A stretch of DNA of 64,000 nt from Candidatus Spechtbacterales bacterium (GCA_040902285.1 JBBDXP010000012.1:8501-72500), one strand, 5' to 3'. Positions 28,081 to 38,708 are shown, counted from the stretch's first letter. Program-made: numbers and translations. Notes: a model not told the origin generated them from the sequence alone.

Positions 28081-28866
28081 ATGAAAATAAAAATAAGCGA
28101 CCAGGCACTGGGGCTTTTTGTTGTGCTGATACTGGTTTTAGGCGGCTGGTTTTTGTTTTTAGGTCCGTCCGCGGGCCCTTCAGTTGATGAAAACGCGGTT
28201 AACTTTATAGATCCGTCGAAAAACAGGGATTCTTCCGGCGAGGAAGGACAGGAGGAACCTGGGAACGAAGAAATACCCGAAACGCAAGCCGTTCTTTTTA
28301 GCGTTCCTTTTACTCCCCAAGCGCCGTTAGGCAACTGGGATGACCCCCGCCAGCAGGACGGTTGCGAAGAAGCATCCGCCTTGATGGCTGTCCGCTGGGC
28401 AACGGATCGGGGACTTACTCTCGCAGAAGCGGAAAAGGAAATAATAGCAATTTCGGATTGGGAACAGGAAAATTACGGCCAGTTTCACGATTCTTCTGCG
28501 AAAGATACCGCCGAAAGGATAATCAAGGAGTATTTGAAGTACCCAAATGTAAGAGTGGAATATTTCATAACAGCCGAGGATATTAAAAGAGAGCTTTATA
28601 AAGGCAATCTTGTGATAGTCCCGACCGACGGAAGAAAATTAAATAACCCTTATTTCAGCGGCGACGGCCCGGAGCGCCATATGTTTCCGGTCATAGGATA
28701 CGATCCTGCCGCAAAAGAATTCATTGTTAACGACAATGGCACAAGAAGGGGTGAAAAATACCGCTACAGCGAAAATATTTTAGAAAACGCGATTGTGGAT
28801 TATCCGACCGGATACCACGCGCCGATAGAAAATTACAGAACCGCCATGATAGTGGTTTCAAAATAG
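28081..28866 (+). CDS. Secreted hypothetical protein, possibly a C39-like cysteine peptidase fold
   Basis: N-terminal TM anchor. QDGCEEASALMAVRW resembles the papain-like/C39-like Cys region. Weak assignment. Confidence 0.35.
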   Translation: MKIKISDQALGLFVVLILVLGGWFLFLGPSAGPSVDENAVNFIDPSKNRDSSGEEGQEEPGNEEIPETQAVLFSVPFTPQAPLGNWDDPRQQDGCEEASALMAVRWATDRGLTLAEAEKEIIAISDWEQENYGQFHDSSAKDTAERIIKEYLKYPNVRVEYFITAEDIKRELYKGNLVIVPTDGRKLNNPYFSGDGPERHMFPVIGYDPAAKEFIVNDNGTRRGEKYRYSENILENAIVDYPTGYHAPIENYRTAMIVVSK

Positions 28867-28880
28867 ATTGCGCCGAATAA

Positions 28881-28910
28881 AAAACGACTCATGCTTATGA
28901 GGCGTTTTTT
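28881..28910 (+). terminator. Rho-independent terminator (aaaaaacgactcatgcttatgaggcgtttttt)
   Basis: Stem-loop plus T6. Confidence 0.65.
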
Positions 28911-28913
28911 ATA

Positions 28914-28969
28914 TGACTCACGCGCGTGAGTCAATTTTTCTTGACCGAACGCAGAGTAAAAAGTACAAT
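28914..28969 (+). promoter_or_regulatory. Perfect 20-bp palindrome TGACTCACGCGCGTGAGTCA (28914-28933) followed by consensus-like sigma70 promoter TTGACC-17-TACAAT (28941-28969) and SD AGGAGG
   Basis: Seen directly. Spacing is 17 bp. The palindrome lies immediately upstream of the -35. SD aaaaaggaggtccagATG. Confidence 0.55.
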
Positions 28970-29001
28970 CAGACAAGAACTTTTACAAAAAGGAGGTCCA
29001 G

Positions 29002-30933
29002 ATGGAATGGGATTATTCTCAACTCAAGCCGTCGCAAATCAAAAATGCCGCAAAAAGATGCATTTCGGAGGCACAGAATACCGTTTCTACGGTTTCGGCC
29101 GTTAAAGGAAAAAGAACTGTAGAAAATACTCTTGAGCCGCTGAATGACATGTATATCGATTTGCATAATTTGTCTCATCGCATATCAAACATACAGTATC
29201 TGCATCCGAGAAAAGACATGAGAGCCATGGCTGAAAAATGCGAACAGAGCATGGCGTTGTTTTATTCCGAACTGGGACTTAATCGCGACTTATTTGAAGC
29301 CGAAGAAGCGGTGGATGTGGAACGGGCAGATCCGGCAACAAAGCGCCTGAAAGAAAAATCCATACTTGGCTACAAAAGAGCGGGTATCGATAAAGACGAA
29401 AAAACTCGCAAGGTAATAATTGATCTTGATGCGGAATTGTCTAAAATTAGTTCGGAGTTTAGCCGAAATATAAACGAAGCGGAAAACCCCGTTACTGTTT
29501 CAGATGAAACCGCGCTGGAAGGGGTTCCGGGCAATGTGATAAGGCGTTTGCGCCGGGATGATAAAGGAAATATTGTTATAACCATGGAGTATCCGGATTA
29601 TCTGCCAGTGATGGAATTTTGCAAAAATGAAGAGGTTCGCAAAAAACTTTCTTGTGCGTCAAATACCATGGCTCCCCAAAACGAGGAAGTGTTGAGGAAA
29701 ATTTTGGTCAAACGTCTTGAAATGGCCCGTATTCTCGGATATGAGAACTGGGCCGAATATGCCGCCGAAACAAAAATGATAGGTTCGGCTGATAAAATTG
29801 CCGGTTTTATAGATTTTCTGGAGTTATCAACGCGTGATTTAGCTCAAAGAGAGGCGGAACTTATTCTTGAATATATGGCCAAAATAGGCGTGTACAAGGA
29901 TTCCATATCTTCGTGGGACAGCGCGCATTTTACCACAACTGTTAAGAAAGATATGTTTAATTATAATCCGGAGGAGTCAATGGATTACTTTCCTTATTCT
30001 AAGGTCAGGGACGGCATACTAAGTGTATACGGAGACCTGTTTGACATAGAATTTGTGCCGAATACGGATGAATCTGTCTGGCACAGATCAGTTGAATGTT
30101 ATGATGTTTTGGAAGGCGCGGGGATTATAGGGCGTATTTACTTGGATATGCACCCAAGGAACGGAAAATACGGGCATGCCGCGTGTGGAACTCTTGTTCC
30201 CGGGATTAAAGACAGACAGGTTCCGGAAATTGTCTTAATGTGTAATTTTCCGGGAGAAAATAAGTCAGATCCGGGCTTGATGCAGTTCGGACAGGTTAGA
30301 ACATTTTTCCACGAGTTCGGACATCTTCTACATAATGTCTTTGCCGGCCGGCAAAGGTGGGTGGATTATTCGGGCATATCAACCGAACGCGATTTTGTGG
30401 AAACGCCCTCCCAGCTTCTTGAGGAATGGCTGGCGGATACCGGAGTTTTGCGGCGCATCGGCAGGCATTATAAGACAAACGAACCCATTTCCTCTGAACT
30501 TGCTGAAAAACTAAGCCGTATAGGGGATTTCGGCAAAGCGTTGCATGTAAGGCGCCAAGCGTTTCTTGCCGCGGTGGCGTTTAACTTGCACATACATCCC
30601 GATCCTGAAAATCTGGATTTCGTGGAACTTTGGAAAGAAATGGAAAACAAGTATTCGCCGTATAAGCACCCGGAAGGCACGCACATGTGGACCTCGTTTG
30701 GACACCTGCATGGATACTCGTCTAATTACTATACATATATGTGGTCTCTTGTTATTGCAAAAGATCTTATGACGGGATTTAATCCTCATTTTCTTATGGA
30801 TAAAGACATGGCGTACAGATACAGAAAAGAAATTCTTGAACCCGGTGGAAGCATAGATGCCGCCGATCTTGTAAGTAATTTTTTGCAGCGTCCGTACAGC
30901 TTTAAGGCCTTTGAAAGATGGCTTAAAAGTTAA
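29002..30933 (+). CDS. M3 family metallopeptidase (oligoendopeptidase / peptidyl-dipeptidase Dcp-like)
   Basis: FFHEFGHLLHN (HExxH) with downstream E, and M3-family length and architecture (643 aa). Confidence 0.8.
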   Translation: MEWDYSQLKPSQIKNAAKRCISEAQNTVSTVSAVKGKRTVENTLEPLNDMYIDLHNLSHRISNIQYLHPRKDMRAMAEKCEQSMALFYSELGLNRDLFEAEEAVDVERADPATKRLKEKSILGYKRAGIDKDEKTRKVIIDLDAELSKISSEFSRNINEAENPVTVSDETALEGVPGNVIRRLRRDDKGNIVITMEYPDYLPVMEFCKNEEVRKKLSCASNTMAPQNEEVLRKILVKRLEMARILGYENWAEYAAETKMIGSADKIAGFIDFLELSTRDLAQREAELILEYMAKIGVYKDSISSWDSAHFTTTVKKDMFNYNPEESMDYFPYSKVRDGILSVYGDLFDIEFVPNTDESVWHRSVECYDVLEGAGIIGRIYLDMHPRNGKYGHAACGTLVPGIKDRQVPEIVLMCNFPGENKSDPGLMQFGQVRTFFHEFGHLLHNVFAGRQRWVDYSGISTERDFVETPSQLLEEWLADTGVLRRIGRHYKTNEPISSELAEKLSRIGDFGKALHVRRQAFLAAVAFNLHIHPDPENLDFVELWKEMENKYSPYKHPEGTHMWTSFGHLHGYSSNYYTYMWSLVIAKDLMTGFNPHFLMDKDMAYRYRKEILEPGGSIDAADLVSNFLQRPYSFKAFERWLKS

Positions 30934-30946
30934 ACTTATGTACTTT

Positions 30947-30970
30947 AAAAACCCCTCAAACGAGGGGTTT
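30947..30970. terminator. Bidirectional terminator (aaaacccctcaaacgaggggtttt) between convergent genes
   Basis: Perfect stem with A/T runs on both sides. Confidence 0.7.
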
Positions 30971-31000
30971 TATTGTATTGTTTTAAACACAATAATTTAA

Positions 31001-31600
31001 TTAGCGCGCTATAGGTTCTGGAGACCTATTCTTGTTTGTCTTGATAAAATCAATAATTGCCGTTTCGTCAAAATTTTCAAGATTTTGGAGCCGTCCCCAT
31101 GAAGCCAGGGCAATTTTTGAATCGTTGGCAGAACGGGGGGTAATAATTACGCTTCCGGGGTATTTTTTTCCTATAGCGGCAAGTTTTGCCTTTGTATCCT
31201 CATCAATATCTTTATAAGAAATCCAAATTCCGCCGTGCTCTAAGTTGTGTATTAGTTGTTCGTCCGGTAATTCCCTGTCATATACGCCCCATTCAGCGGG
31301 GCTCCCATAATGCCACCCCGAAGTTGGAGGATTTGAGTTATAGTCGGGATGCGATGCCCCGACCTCAATATGCTCTTCACCCAAAATAGAATAAGATTGC
31401 CCGGGCCTTTCTTTCTCCGCCTTAGAAGCCAAAAGAATAAGGCCGTATATTGAGGATCCGATAACCAAAAGACCTATCAACCATAGGGATATTTTTTTAA
31501 AAGTGCGCTTTCTGAGTTCGCCTTCGGCAAATTTTTGCTTTTCTTGGCGTCGCAGTCCTCGGCGCTCCCATTTGCTCAATTGTTGCGGTTGATTGTCCAT
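31001..31600 (-). CDS. DUF3105-like membrane-anchored protein
   Basis: N-terminal basic region plus TM. Conserved PPTSGWHY and HNLEHGG motifs. Confidence 0.5.
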   Translation of the reverse strand: MDNQPQQLSKWERRGLRRQEKQKFAEGELRKRTFKKISLWLIGLLVIGSSIYGLILLASKAEKERPGQSYSILGEEHIEVGASHPDYNSNPPTSGWHYGSPAEWGVYDRELPDEQLIHNLEHGGIWISYKDIDEDTKAKLAAIGKKYPGSVIITPRSANDSKIALASWGRLQNLENFDETAIIDFIKTNKNRSPEPIAR

Positions 31601-31856
31601 AACTAATTACAATTTATGTGTTAATTTTTAAAAAAGCAGTTTGCCTGCTTGCCCGGCTGCACTTCGTTTGTCGGAGCGCCGGGGCTTGGCGTCAAGTTGC
31701 TAAATTCGCTTCGCTCATTAAGCACTTCCTGCCCGGCCTCGCCTGTGTCTCCCGCCTGCGCCGAGGCTTCGGCGGGCAGGTCGGCACATGGCTCCGGCTT
31801 TCAAGCCCGGACGCAGGCAAAGCAGTTTGCCTGCTCGCCCGACCGCACTTCGTTTG

Positions 31857-31927
31857 TCGGAGCGCCGGGGCTTGAACCCGGTTCGCATGACCCCCAGCCA
31901 TGCATAATACCCATATACTACGCTCCG
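31857..31927 (-). tRNA. tRNA-Pro (anticodon GGG)
   Basis: Reverse complement folds as a tRNA. Acceptor CGGAGCG/CGCTCCG (C1:G72 as in bacterial tRNA-Pro). U8, A14, GG18-19. Anticodon stem CATGG/TCATG with loop CTGGGGG (U33, anticodon GGG, G37). T-arm CCGGG-TTCAAGC-CCCGG. Discriminator A. CCA not encoded. Confidence 0.7.
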
Positions 31928-31946
31928 AATATAGAATCTTAAAATC

Positions 31947-32147
31947 CTAGGCCTTTGCCGCCGGGGTTTTGGACGCTGTTTTCATACAGCGGGTGCAAAC
32001 ACGAATGCGGGATCCGTCTTCAAGCCGCATCCACTGAAGGTTCGGGTATTTTCTTTTTTTAACGGTAGGGTTATAATGCCCACGAAGAAGCTTCCTTTTC
32101 CACTCTATTTTAGAGGTTTTACCGCATTTTTTACATTCTCTAGCCAT
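31947..32147 (-). CDS. rpmB: 50S ribosomal protein L28 (zinc-ribbon type)
   Basis: CKKCGK…RGHYNPT…KRKYPNLQ…CTRCMK: PNLQ hallmark of bL28 plus a Cys4 ribbon. Confidence 0.7.
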   Translation of the reverse strand: MARECKKCGKTSKIEWKRKLLRGHYNPTVKKRKYPNLQWMRLEDGSRIRVCTRCMKTASKTPAAKA

Positions 32148-32243
32148 AAAACTATAATTTAAATAATCAACTTGTTAGGAGTGTGAGGTACGAACAGAAT
32201 CTCACACTCCTGAGTATACTCAACTTTTAATTTTTTTTCAAGT

Positions 32244-32894
32244 ATGGATATTGTTTCATTCGTAATATTTATCAGCGTGCTTATATTTTCGGTGGTTCTT
32301 CACGAGGTCTCGCATGGAGCCGTTGCTTATAAACTGGGAGATAATACGGCAAAAATGATGGGCCGTCTAACGCTTAACCCTTTGCCGCACATTGATTTGC
32401 TCGGCTCAATAATAGTTCCTTTGGTTATGGCCATACCGGCGCTTTTTGGTGGACCGGCTATAATATTCGGCTGGGCAAAGCCCGTTCCCTACAACCCTTA
32501 TAATTTAAGGTATAAAAAATGGGGCCCAGCTCTTGTAGGTATCGCGGGACCCGCGACCAACATATCTTTAGCCGTTGTTGCCGGCCTGCTTATTAGATTG
32601 TTTCCCCAGGTAATTTATGACCCCAATCTTTTGGGAGCAGGACTTGTTCTATTTGTAGTCGCGTATCTTAATATAATACTTGCCATTTTTAATTTAGTGC
32701 CTATACCTCCTCTGGACGGTTCAAAACTTTTGTTTTCATTGTTTCCTTTGTCCGCGCAAACAAAATATTTTTTAGAAAGGAACGGTTTTTTATTTCTCTT
32801 ATTGTTTATATTTTTTGGTTTTCAATTAATAGTTCCAATAATAAGATTTCTATTCACTTTTATTACCGGAATAGATATTAGCGCCGCCTTATAG
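32244..32894 (+). CDS. Site-2 protease family (peptidase M50-like) membrane metalloprotease
   Basis: LHEVSHGAVA (HExxH in TM helix), LNPLPHIDLLGS, multiple TM helices. Confidence 0.65.
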   Translation: MDIVSFVIFISVLIFSVVLHEVSHGAVAYKLGDNTAKMMGRLTLNPLPHIDLLGSIIVPLVMAIPALFGGPAIIFGWAKPVPYNPYNLRYKKWGPALVGIAGPATNISLAVVAGLLIRLFPQVIYDPNLLGAGLVLFVVAYLNIILAIFNLVPIPPLDGSKLLFSLFPLSAQTKYFLERNGFLFLLLFIFFGFQLIVPIIRFLFTFITGIDISAAL

Positions 32895-32961
32895 GAATGT
32901 TTGACAAAGAGAGACGTTTTATAATAGATTATTAAAGGTGTGAAGATTCACATCTTTCAAC

Positions 32962-33378
32962 ATGCCGACTATAAACCAACTTATAAAAAGAAAAAGAAAA
33001 GATCCTCTGAAAAAGAAAAACACCCCGGCCCTAGGCCGAGGTTTTAATGAACTCAAAAATAAACCAGCCAGATATAACAGCCCTTTCAAAAGAGGGGTAT
33101 GCACTCGTGTTACCACGGTAACTCCCAAAAAGCCGAACTCCGCTCTCCGTAAAGTGGCGAGGGTTCGCCTTACCAACGGAATGGAGGTCACAGCATATAT
33201 CCCGGGAGAGGGGCACAATCTTCAAGAGCACGCGGTTGTCTTGCTAAGAGGCGGAAGAGTAAAGGATTTGCCCGGTGTGCGTTACACGATAGTCAGGGGT
33301 GTTTTAGACACGGCAGGCGTGGAAGGCCGTAGAAACGAGCGTTCTAAGTATGGAGCCAAGAGGCCCAAAGCAGAATAA
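32962..33378 (+). CDS. rpsL: 30S ribosomal protein S12
   Basis: [12 protein letters not shown]…[31 protein letters not shown]. Confidence 0.95.
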   Translation: MPTINQLIKRKRKDPLKKKNTPALGRGFNELKNKPARYNSPFKRGVCTRVTTVTPKKPNSALRKVARVRLTNGMEVTAYIPGEGHNLQEHAVVLLRGGRVKDLPGVRYTIVRGVLDTAGVEGRRNERSKYGAKRPKAE

Positions 33379-33380
33379 AG

Positions 33381-33851
33381 ATGAGAAGGAATACAAAAAT
33401 ACCAAAAAGAATACTTCAGCCGGATCACAAATACAACAATCCGGCCGTAACGAAGTTTATTAATTATATTATGTTGGACGGCAAAAAATCCGTGGCTACA
33501 AGTGTGGTGTACGGCGCTTTTGATATTATCGCAAAAAAAACTAAAAAAGACCCTTTAGATGTATTTGACGAAGCTCTTAAGAATATATCTCCGGCGCTTG
33601 AAGTAAAATCAAAAAGAGTGGGAGGAGCCAATTACCAGGTTCCGATGCCGGTAAGGGGAGACAGAAGGATAATGCTCGCGATGCGCTGGCTTAGGGATTC
33701 CGCCCGCGCCAAAACAGGAAAGAGCACGGCCGAAATACTAGCCCAAGAATTAATGGATGCTGCCAAAAACGAAGGAGACGCAATTAAAAAGAAAGAAAAT
33801 ACTGAGCGTATGGCTCGCGCGAATCGCGCCTTCGCTCATTTTGCCCGATAG
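33381..33851 (+). CDS. rpsG: 30S ribosomal protein S7
   Basis: Typical S7 sequence. Position between rpsL and fusA. Confidence 0.95.
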   Translation: MRRNTKIPKRILQPDHKYNNPAVTKFINYIMLDGKKSVATSVVYGAFDIIAKKTKKDPLDVFDEALKNISPALEVKSKRVGGANYQVPMPVRGDRRIMLAMRWLRDSARAKTGKSTAEILAQELMDAAKNEGDAIKKKENTERMARANRAFAHFAR

Positions 33852-33856
33852 CAGCT

Positions 33857-35959
33857 ATGGCCAGAGAGTACCCACTTGAAAAAGTAAGAAACATCGGGAT
33901 AATCGCCCATATAGACGCCGGTAAAACCACGGTTACCGAAAGAGTTTTGTTCTACACGGGAATTTCTCACAAGATAGGCGAGGTGCATGAAGGACAAGCG
34001 ATAATGGATTGGATGGAGCAGGAAAGGGAGCGGGGAATTACAATAACATCTGCCGCCACGACCGCATTTTGGACTCCGACCTATCTTCCGCAGGAGCAGG
34101 AAAATAAACACAGAATAAATATTATAGATACTCCCGGACATGTTGACTTTACCGTAGAGGTAGAGCGTTCTTTGCGTGTTTTAGACGGAGGAGTTGTTGT
34201 ATTTGACGGGGTTGCGGGCGTTGAGCCGCAGAGCGAAACGGTTTGGCGCCAGGCGGACAAATACGAAGTTCCGCGGGTTTGTTTTATAAACAAAATGGAC
34301 AGAATGGGCGCGAGTTTTGAAAAAAGTTATCAGTCCATACTGGATCGGTTGACCCCTAACGCTATACCCGTACAGATTCCCGTAGGCGCGGAGAGCGAAT
34401 TTAACGGTGTAATAGATCTTTTAACAATGGAATGGATAAGAAGTGAGGGAGATCACGGAGAACTCGTAGTAAAAGAGAGCATTCCCGATGATTTAAAAGA
34501 AAAAGCGCAAAAAATTCGGGAAGAATTAGTGGAAAAAGTTGCCGAGCAGGACGACCTTTTAACAGAAAAATATCTTGCGGGCGAAGAAATATCGGTTGAT
34601 GAATTGCGCGGCGCGCTTAGAAAATCGACCATAGAAAATAAAATTATACCCGTTTTGTGCGGTTCCGCGCTTAAAAACCAAGGCGTGCAAACAATGCTGG
34701 ATGCGGTGGTGGAATTTTTGCCCAGCCCTCTGGAAGTTAAAGTTGTCGAAGGAGAAGATCCCAAAACAGGAGAAGTAATAAAGGTTAAGGTTGCCGACGA
34801 AGAACCGTTTGCCGCTTTGGCATTTAAAGTCGCGACGGACCCGTATGTCGGCCAGCTGGTTTATTTTAGGATATATTCAGGAACGGTAGAGGCGGGTTCT
34901 TATCTTTTAAACACATCTACCGGTGAAAAAGAAAGATTAAGCAGAATAGTTCGCATGCATGCAAATCACAGAGAAGAAGTGGATAAATTATACGCGGGCG
35001 ACATTGCCGCTGCCGTGGGCCTCAAAGCTACTACTACAGGGGACACGCTATCTGACCCGGATCGCCCGGTACTGCTTGAAAAAATCACATTTCCCGAGCC
35101 GGTAATTTCGGTAAGAATCGAGCCCAAAACCAAAGCAGACCAGGATAAAATGGGTATTGCTCTGCGCCGTCTTGGCGAAGAGGACCCTACATTCCGAATA
35201 AGTTCTGATGATGAGACCGGAGAAACTATAATTTCCGGCATGGGAGAACTGCATTTGGAAGTTATCGTGGACAGAATGAAAAGAGAATTCAAGGTGGAGG
35301 CAAATGTGGGAAGGCCTCAGGTTGCCTATAGGGAAACCATACGTTCTATGGCTGAAGCCGAAGGCAAATACATAAGGCAATCCGGCGGAAGGGGACAATA
35401 CGGACATGTGTGGATAAGAATAGAGCCAATGGAACCCGGTGGAGGATTTGAATTTGTGGATGAAATAAAAGGCGGAACTATACCTCAAGAGTTTATACCT
35501 CCGGTGGAAAAAGGTGTTAAGGAGGCCTTGCAAAAAGGCGTTGTGGCCGGATACCCGGTGGTTGATGTGCGCGCCACGCTGTATGATGGCTCTTTCCACG
35601 ATGTCGACTCTTCTGAAGCTGCATTTAAAATAGCCGGATCTATTGCTATTCAGGAGTCGGCTAAAAAAGCCAACCCGGTTCTTCTTGAACCTATAATGAG
35701 TGTGGAAGTTTCTATTCCGGAGGATTATCTTGGAGATGTAAGCGGAGATCTCAGCTCAAGGCGCGGCCGGATAGGAGAAATGGGTGAGAGGGGAATATTA
35801 AAGACCGTAAGCGCTAAAGTGCCTTTGGCTGAAATGTTCGGCTATACTACAGAATTAAGATCTATGACTCAAGGAAGAGGCACCGCATCAATGGAATTTA
35901 GTCATTATGAAGAAGTTCCGCAGAGCGTAGCCAAACAAATAATAGAAATGAGGAGCTAA
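33857..35959 (+). CDS. fusA: Elongation factor G
   Basis: [24 protein letters not shown]. 700 aa. Confidence 0.95.
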   Translation: MAREYPLEKVRNIGIIAHIDAGKTTVTERVLFYTGISHKIGEVHEGQAIMDWMEQERERGITITSAATTAFWTPTYLPQEQENKHRINIIDTPGHVDFTVEVERSLRVLDGGVVVFDGVAGVEPQSETVWRQADKYEVPRVCFINKMDRMGASFEKSYQSILDRLTPNAIPVQIPVGAESEFNGVIDLLTMEWIRSEGDHGELVVKESIPDDLKEKAQKIREELVEKVAEQDDLLTEKYLAGEEISVDELRGALRKSTIENKIIPVLCGSALKNQGVQTMLDAVVEFLPSPLEVKVVEGEDPKTGEVIKVKVADEEPFAALAFKVATDPYVGQLVYFRIYSGTVEAGSYLLNTSTGEKERLSRIVRMHANHREEVDKLYAGDIAAAVGLKATTTGDTLSDPDRPVLLEKITFPEPVISVRIEPKTKADQDKMGIALRRLGEEDPTFRISSDDETGETIISGMGELHLEVIVDRMKREFKVEANVGRPQVAYRETIRSMAEAEGKYIRQSGGRGQYGHVWIRIEPMEPGGGFEFVDEIKGGTIPQEFIPPVEKGVKEALQKGVVAGYPVVDVRATLYDGSFHDVDSSEAAFKIAGSIAIQESAKKANPVLLEPIMSVEVSIPEDYLGDVSGDLSSRRGRIGEMGERGILKTVSAKVPLAEMFGYTTELRSMTQGRGTASMEFSHYEEVPQSVAKQIIEMRS

Positions 35960-35960
35960 T

Positions 35961-36293
35961 ATGTGGGATTCAATTAAAAAACTATTAAAAACAAACAAAG
36001 ACAAAGCCGTTTTAATGGAAAACGGAGAGCCAAAATATGTTATTTTATCTGTTGATGAATACCTGAAACTTAGCGGCGAAGCGCCTGCTCAAAACCGAGA
36101 TACTCCTGAGCCGGAAGAAGTTTTTACCGATTATTACGAAAATGAAGATTTTAATTTTACCGACGCAATGCAGGATGAACTGGCCTCTGATATTGATCTT
36201 TCAGACATAGAAACGCAAAATCCTTCTGAATATCAGAGTATTGCGGATGAAAATCCGGGTTCTATAAGTTTGGACGATCTGCCAATTTCTTGA
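35961..36293 (+). CDS. Hypothetical protein: Phd/YefM-antitoxin-like N-terminal segment plus highly acidic tail, embedded between fusA and tuf
   Basis: KAVLMENGEPKYVILSVDEYLKL resembles the Phd/YefM fold consensus. C-terminal 70 aa is rich in D/E. The ATG overlaps the fusA stop (TAATATG). Confidence 0.4.
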   Translation: MWDSIKKLLKTNKDKAVLMENGEPKYVILSVDEYLKLSGEAPAQNRDTPEPEEVFTDYYENEDFNFTDAMQDELASDIDLSDIETQNPSEYQSIADENPGSISLDDLPIS

Positions 36294-36422
36294 CATGTAA
36301 GATAAGTAATGTAAAATAAACTTTGTGTCTTTGTAAAAAGCTTTGTATCTTTGTAAAAAGTTAAACAAAAATTAATATTAAATTTTGAGGCCGCAATGAC
36401 GCCTCGCGATTAATAAAAACTT

Positions 36423-37619
36423 ATGGCAGAAAAATTCGAAAGAACAAAACCACACGTTAATGTCGGAACCATAGGCCATGTTGACCATGGTAAAACCACC
36501 CTTACCGCGGCTATTCTAAAATATGTCCAGTTGAAGGGGTGGAAAGGTTCTAAAAAGGAAGTTGAGCAGATAGATGCCGCCCCGGAAGAAAAAGAAAGGG
36601 GTATTACAATAGCCCTGGCGCATGTCGAATATGAAACAGAAAACCGCCACTATGCCCACATAGACGCTCCCGGACATGCCGATTATATTAAAAACATGAT
36701 TACCGGTGCCGCTCAAATGGACGGTGCTATCTTGGTTGTATCGGCCGCGGATGGGCCAATGCCTCAAACCAGGGAACATATTCTTTTGGCTCGCCAGATT
36801 GGAGTACCGAATGTAATTGTATTTTTGAACAAAGTTGACCAGGTTGATGACCCTGAACTTATTGACCTTGTGGAAGCGGAAGTGCGCGAACTTCTCTCAA
36901 AATATGAATATGATGGGGACAATGTACCTGTTGTAAGGGGTTCCGCTTTGCAGGCGCTAAATGCGTCAAGTGCTGATGAAGATGCGGCAAAGCCGATAGG
37001 AGAACTTCTAAAAGCTCTTGATGAATATATTCCCGTGCCCGAAAGAGATGTGGACAAGCCGTTTCTTATGCCTGTTGAAGATGTGTTTTCCATTGAAGGC
37101 CGCGGTACGGTTTCTACCGGCAGGATTGAAAGAGGAAAAGTAAAAGTAGGAGAAGAAGTGGAAATAGTAGGAATGAAAGAGGCGGTTTCCAAAACTGCCG
37201 TAACAGGAGTTGAGATGTTCAATAAACAGCTTGACGAAGGAATGGCCGGAGATAATGTCGGTTTGCTGTTGAGAGGTCTTAAAAAAGATGATATTGAAAG
37301 AGGGCAGGTATTGGCGGTTCCCGGATCGGTGACTCCGCACACAGAATTTGAGGCGGAAGTTTATGTGTTGAAAAAAGAAGAAGGAGGCCGCCACACACCT
37401 TTCTTTACAGGATACAAGCCGCAGTTTTATCTTCGCACAACGGATGTTACAGGAGATGTTACTCTTCCGGAAGGCACAGAAATGGTTATGCCCGGAGACA
37501 CGGTGACATTTTCGGCAAAATTGGTTGTACCGGTAGCGCTTGAGGAAAAACAGCGTTTTGCCATCAGAGAAGGAGGAAAGACGGTTGGCGCGGGAGTTGT
37601 GACCAAGATTACAAAATAA
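36423..37619 (+). CDS. tuf: Elongation factor Tu
   Basis: [25 protein letters not shown]. 398 aa. Confidence 0.95.
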   Translation: MAEKFERTKPHVNVGTIGHVDHGKTTLTAAILKYVQLKGWKGSKKEVEQIDAAPEEKERGITIALAHVEYETENRHYAHIDAPGHADYIKNMITGAAQMDGAILVVSAADGPMPQTREHILLARQIGVPNVIVFLNKVDQVDDPELIDLVEAEVRELLSKYEYDGDNVPVVRGSALQALNASSADEDAAKPIGELLKALDEYIPVPERDVDKPFLMPVEDVFSIEGRGTVSTGRIERGKVKVGEEVEIVGMKEAVSKTAVTGVEMFNKQLDEGMAGDNVGLLLRGLKKDDIERGQVLAVPGSVTPHTEFEAEVYVLKKEEGGRHTPFFTGYKPQFYLRTTDVTGDVTLPEGTEMVMPGDTVTFSAKLVVPVALEEKQRFAIREGGKTVGAGVVTKITK

Positions 37620-37644
37620 TTTTTAAAAGTTCCAGCACATTTAC

Positions 37645-37992
37645 ATGGCAAATGCGTCGGTAGCTAAACAAAAGAGCAAGGAAGAAGTAAAGCAGAGAAT
37701 CAGGATAAAGATCAAATCCTATGACCACCAGGTCATCGATTCGAGCGTTAAGCAGATATTGGATACAGCTATGCGTTACGGGGCCGACATAAAAGGTCCT
37801 GTGCCTTTACCGACAGAAATCAAAAAATACACAATTAACCGCTCTACATTTGTTCACAAAGATTCTAGAGACCAGGTTGAAATGCGTATCCACAAAAGAT
37901 TGATTGATATATACAACCCCTCAGGACAGCTGATAGACGCACTGATGGATTTGAACCTTCCGGCGGGAGTGGATATTGAGGTCAAAATGTAA
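37645..37992 (+). CDS. rpsJ: 30S ribosomal protein S10 (with short N-terminal extension)
   Basis: [20 protein letters not shown]…GPVPLPT. Confidence 0.9.
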   Translation: MANASVAKQKSKEEVKQRIRIKIKSYDHQVIDSSVKQILDTAMRYGADIKGPVPLPTEIKKYTINRSTFVHKDSRDQVEMRIHKRLIDIYNPSGQLIDALMDLNLPAGVDIEVKM

Positions 37993-38084
37993 ATGCAAAA
38001 AACAGTTCGCAAAAAATTTGTGTCCGCAAAAACGGGCACAAATTTTTTGCGAAAGGAACAGCTTATATGTGTTCCGCCAATTCC

Positions 38085-38708
38085 ATGAAATTTATTTTAG
38101 GCAAAAAAATTGGAATGACTCAGGTTTTCAGCAAAGACGGACATGTTAAGCCGGTAACTTTGGTTGAAGCCGGTCCTGCCGTTGTAACTCAAGTTCTTAC
38201 CGATGAGAAAAACGGATACAGCGCTGTCCAGTTGGGTTACGGAAAAAAGAAATTGAACAACCCCCAGAAGGGGCATTTAAAAGATTTTGTTGATAAACAT
38301 GGCAGTGGATTCGCGTATTTGAGAGAATTCAGGATTAGTGAAGAAAATAAATTCAATAAAGGAGATTCTTTGGATGCAAGCCAATTTGAAATAGGAGAAA
38401 AGGTTGCGGTTAGCGCTGTTACTAAGGGAAAGGGATTCCAGGGAGTTGTGAAACGCTGGAACTTCAAGGGAGGTCCAAAAACGCACGGCCAGAAGCATAC
38501 CTTAAGAACACCGGGTTCAATCGGCTCCGCTTTTCCGCAAAGAGTGTTCAAGGGATTGAAAATGGCGGGAAGAATGGGAGGAAAAAGAAAAACCACAAAA
38601 AATCTTCAAATAGCATACATAGACAAAGAACAGAATATAATCGGCCTTAAAGGAGCTGTTCCCGGAAATGCCGGAACAGTGGTGGAAATTATAAAGGCGG
38701 AGAAATAA
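38085..38708 (+). CDS. rplC: 50S ribosomal protein L3
   Basis: MKFILGKKIGMTQVF. The ORF call begins 18 nt earlier. ATG 38085 matches the canonical L3 N-terminus. Confidence 0.9.
   Translation: MKFILGKKIGMTQVFSKDGHVKPVTLVEAGPAVVTQVLTDEKNGYSAVQLGYGKKKLNNPQKGHLKDFVDKHGSGFAYLREFRISEENKFNKGDSLDASQFEIGEKVAVSAVTKGKGFQGVVKRWNFKGGPKTHGQKHTLRTPGSIGSAFPQRVFKGLKMAGRMGGKRKTTKNLQIAYIDKEQNIIGLKGAVPGNAGTVVEIIKAEK

Noticed and set aside
31618-31942. GC-rich ORFs (85 and 97 aa on +, 69 aa on -) over the tRNA-Pro region
   Set aside because: They overlap a tRNA gene and direct repeats. They are Arg/Ala/Gly-rich artefacts of GC-rich non-coding DNA.
36764-37394. Minus-strand ORFs inside tuf
   Set aside because: They are shadow ORFs within the EF-Tu gene.
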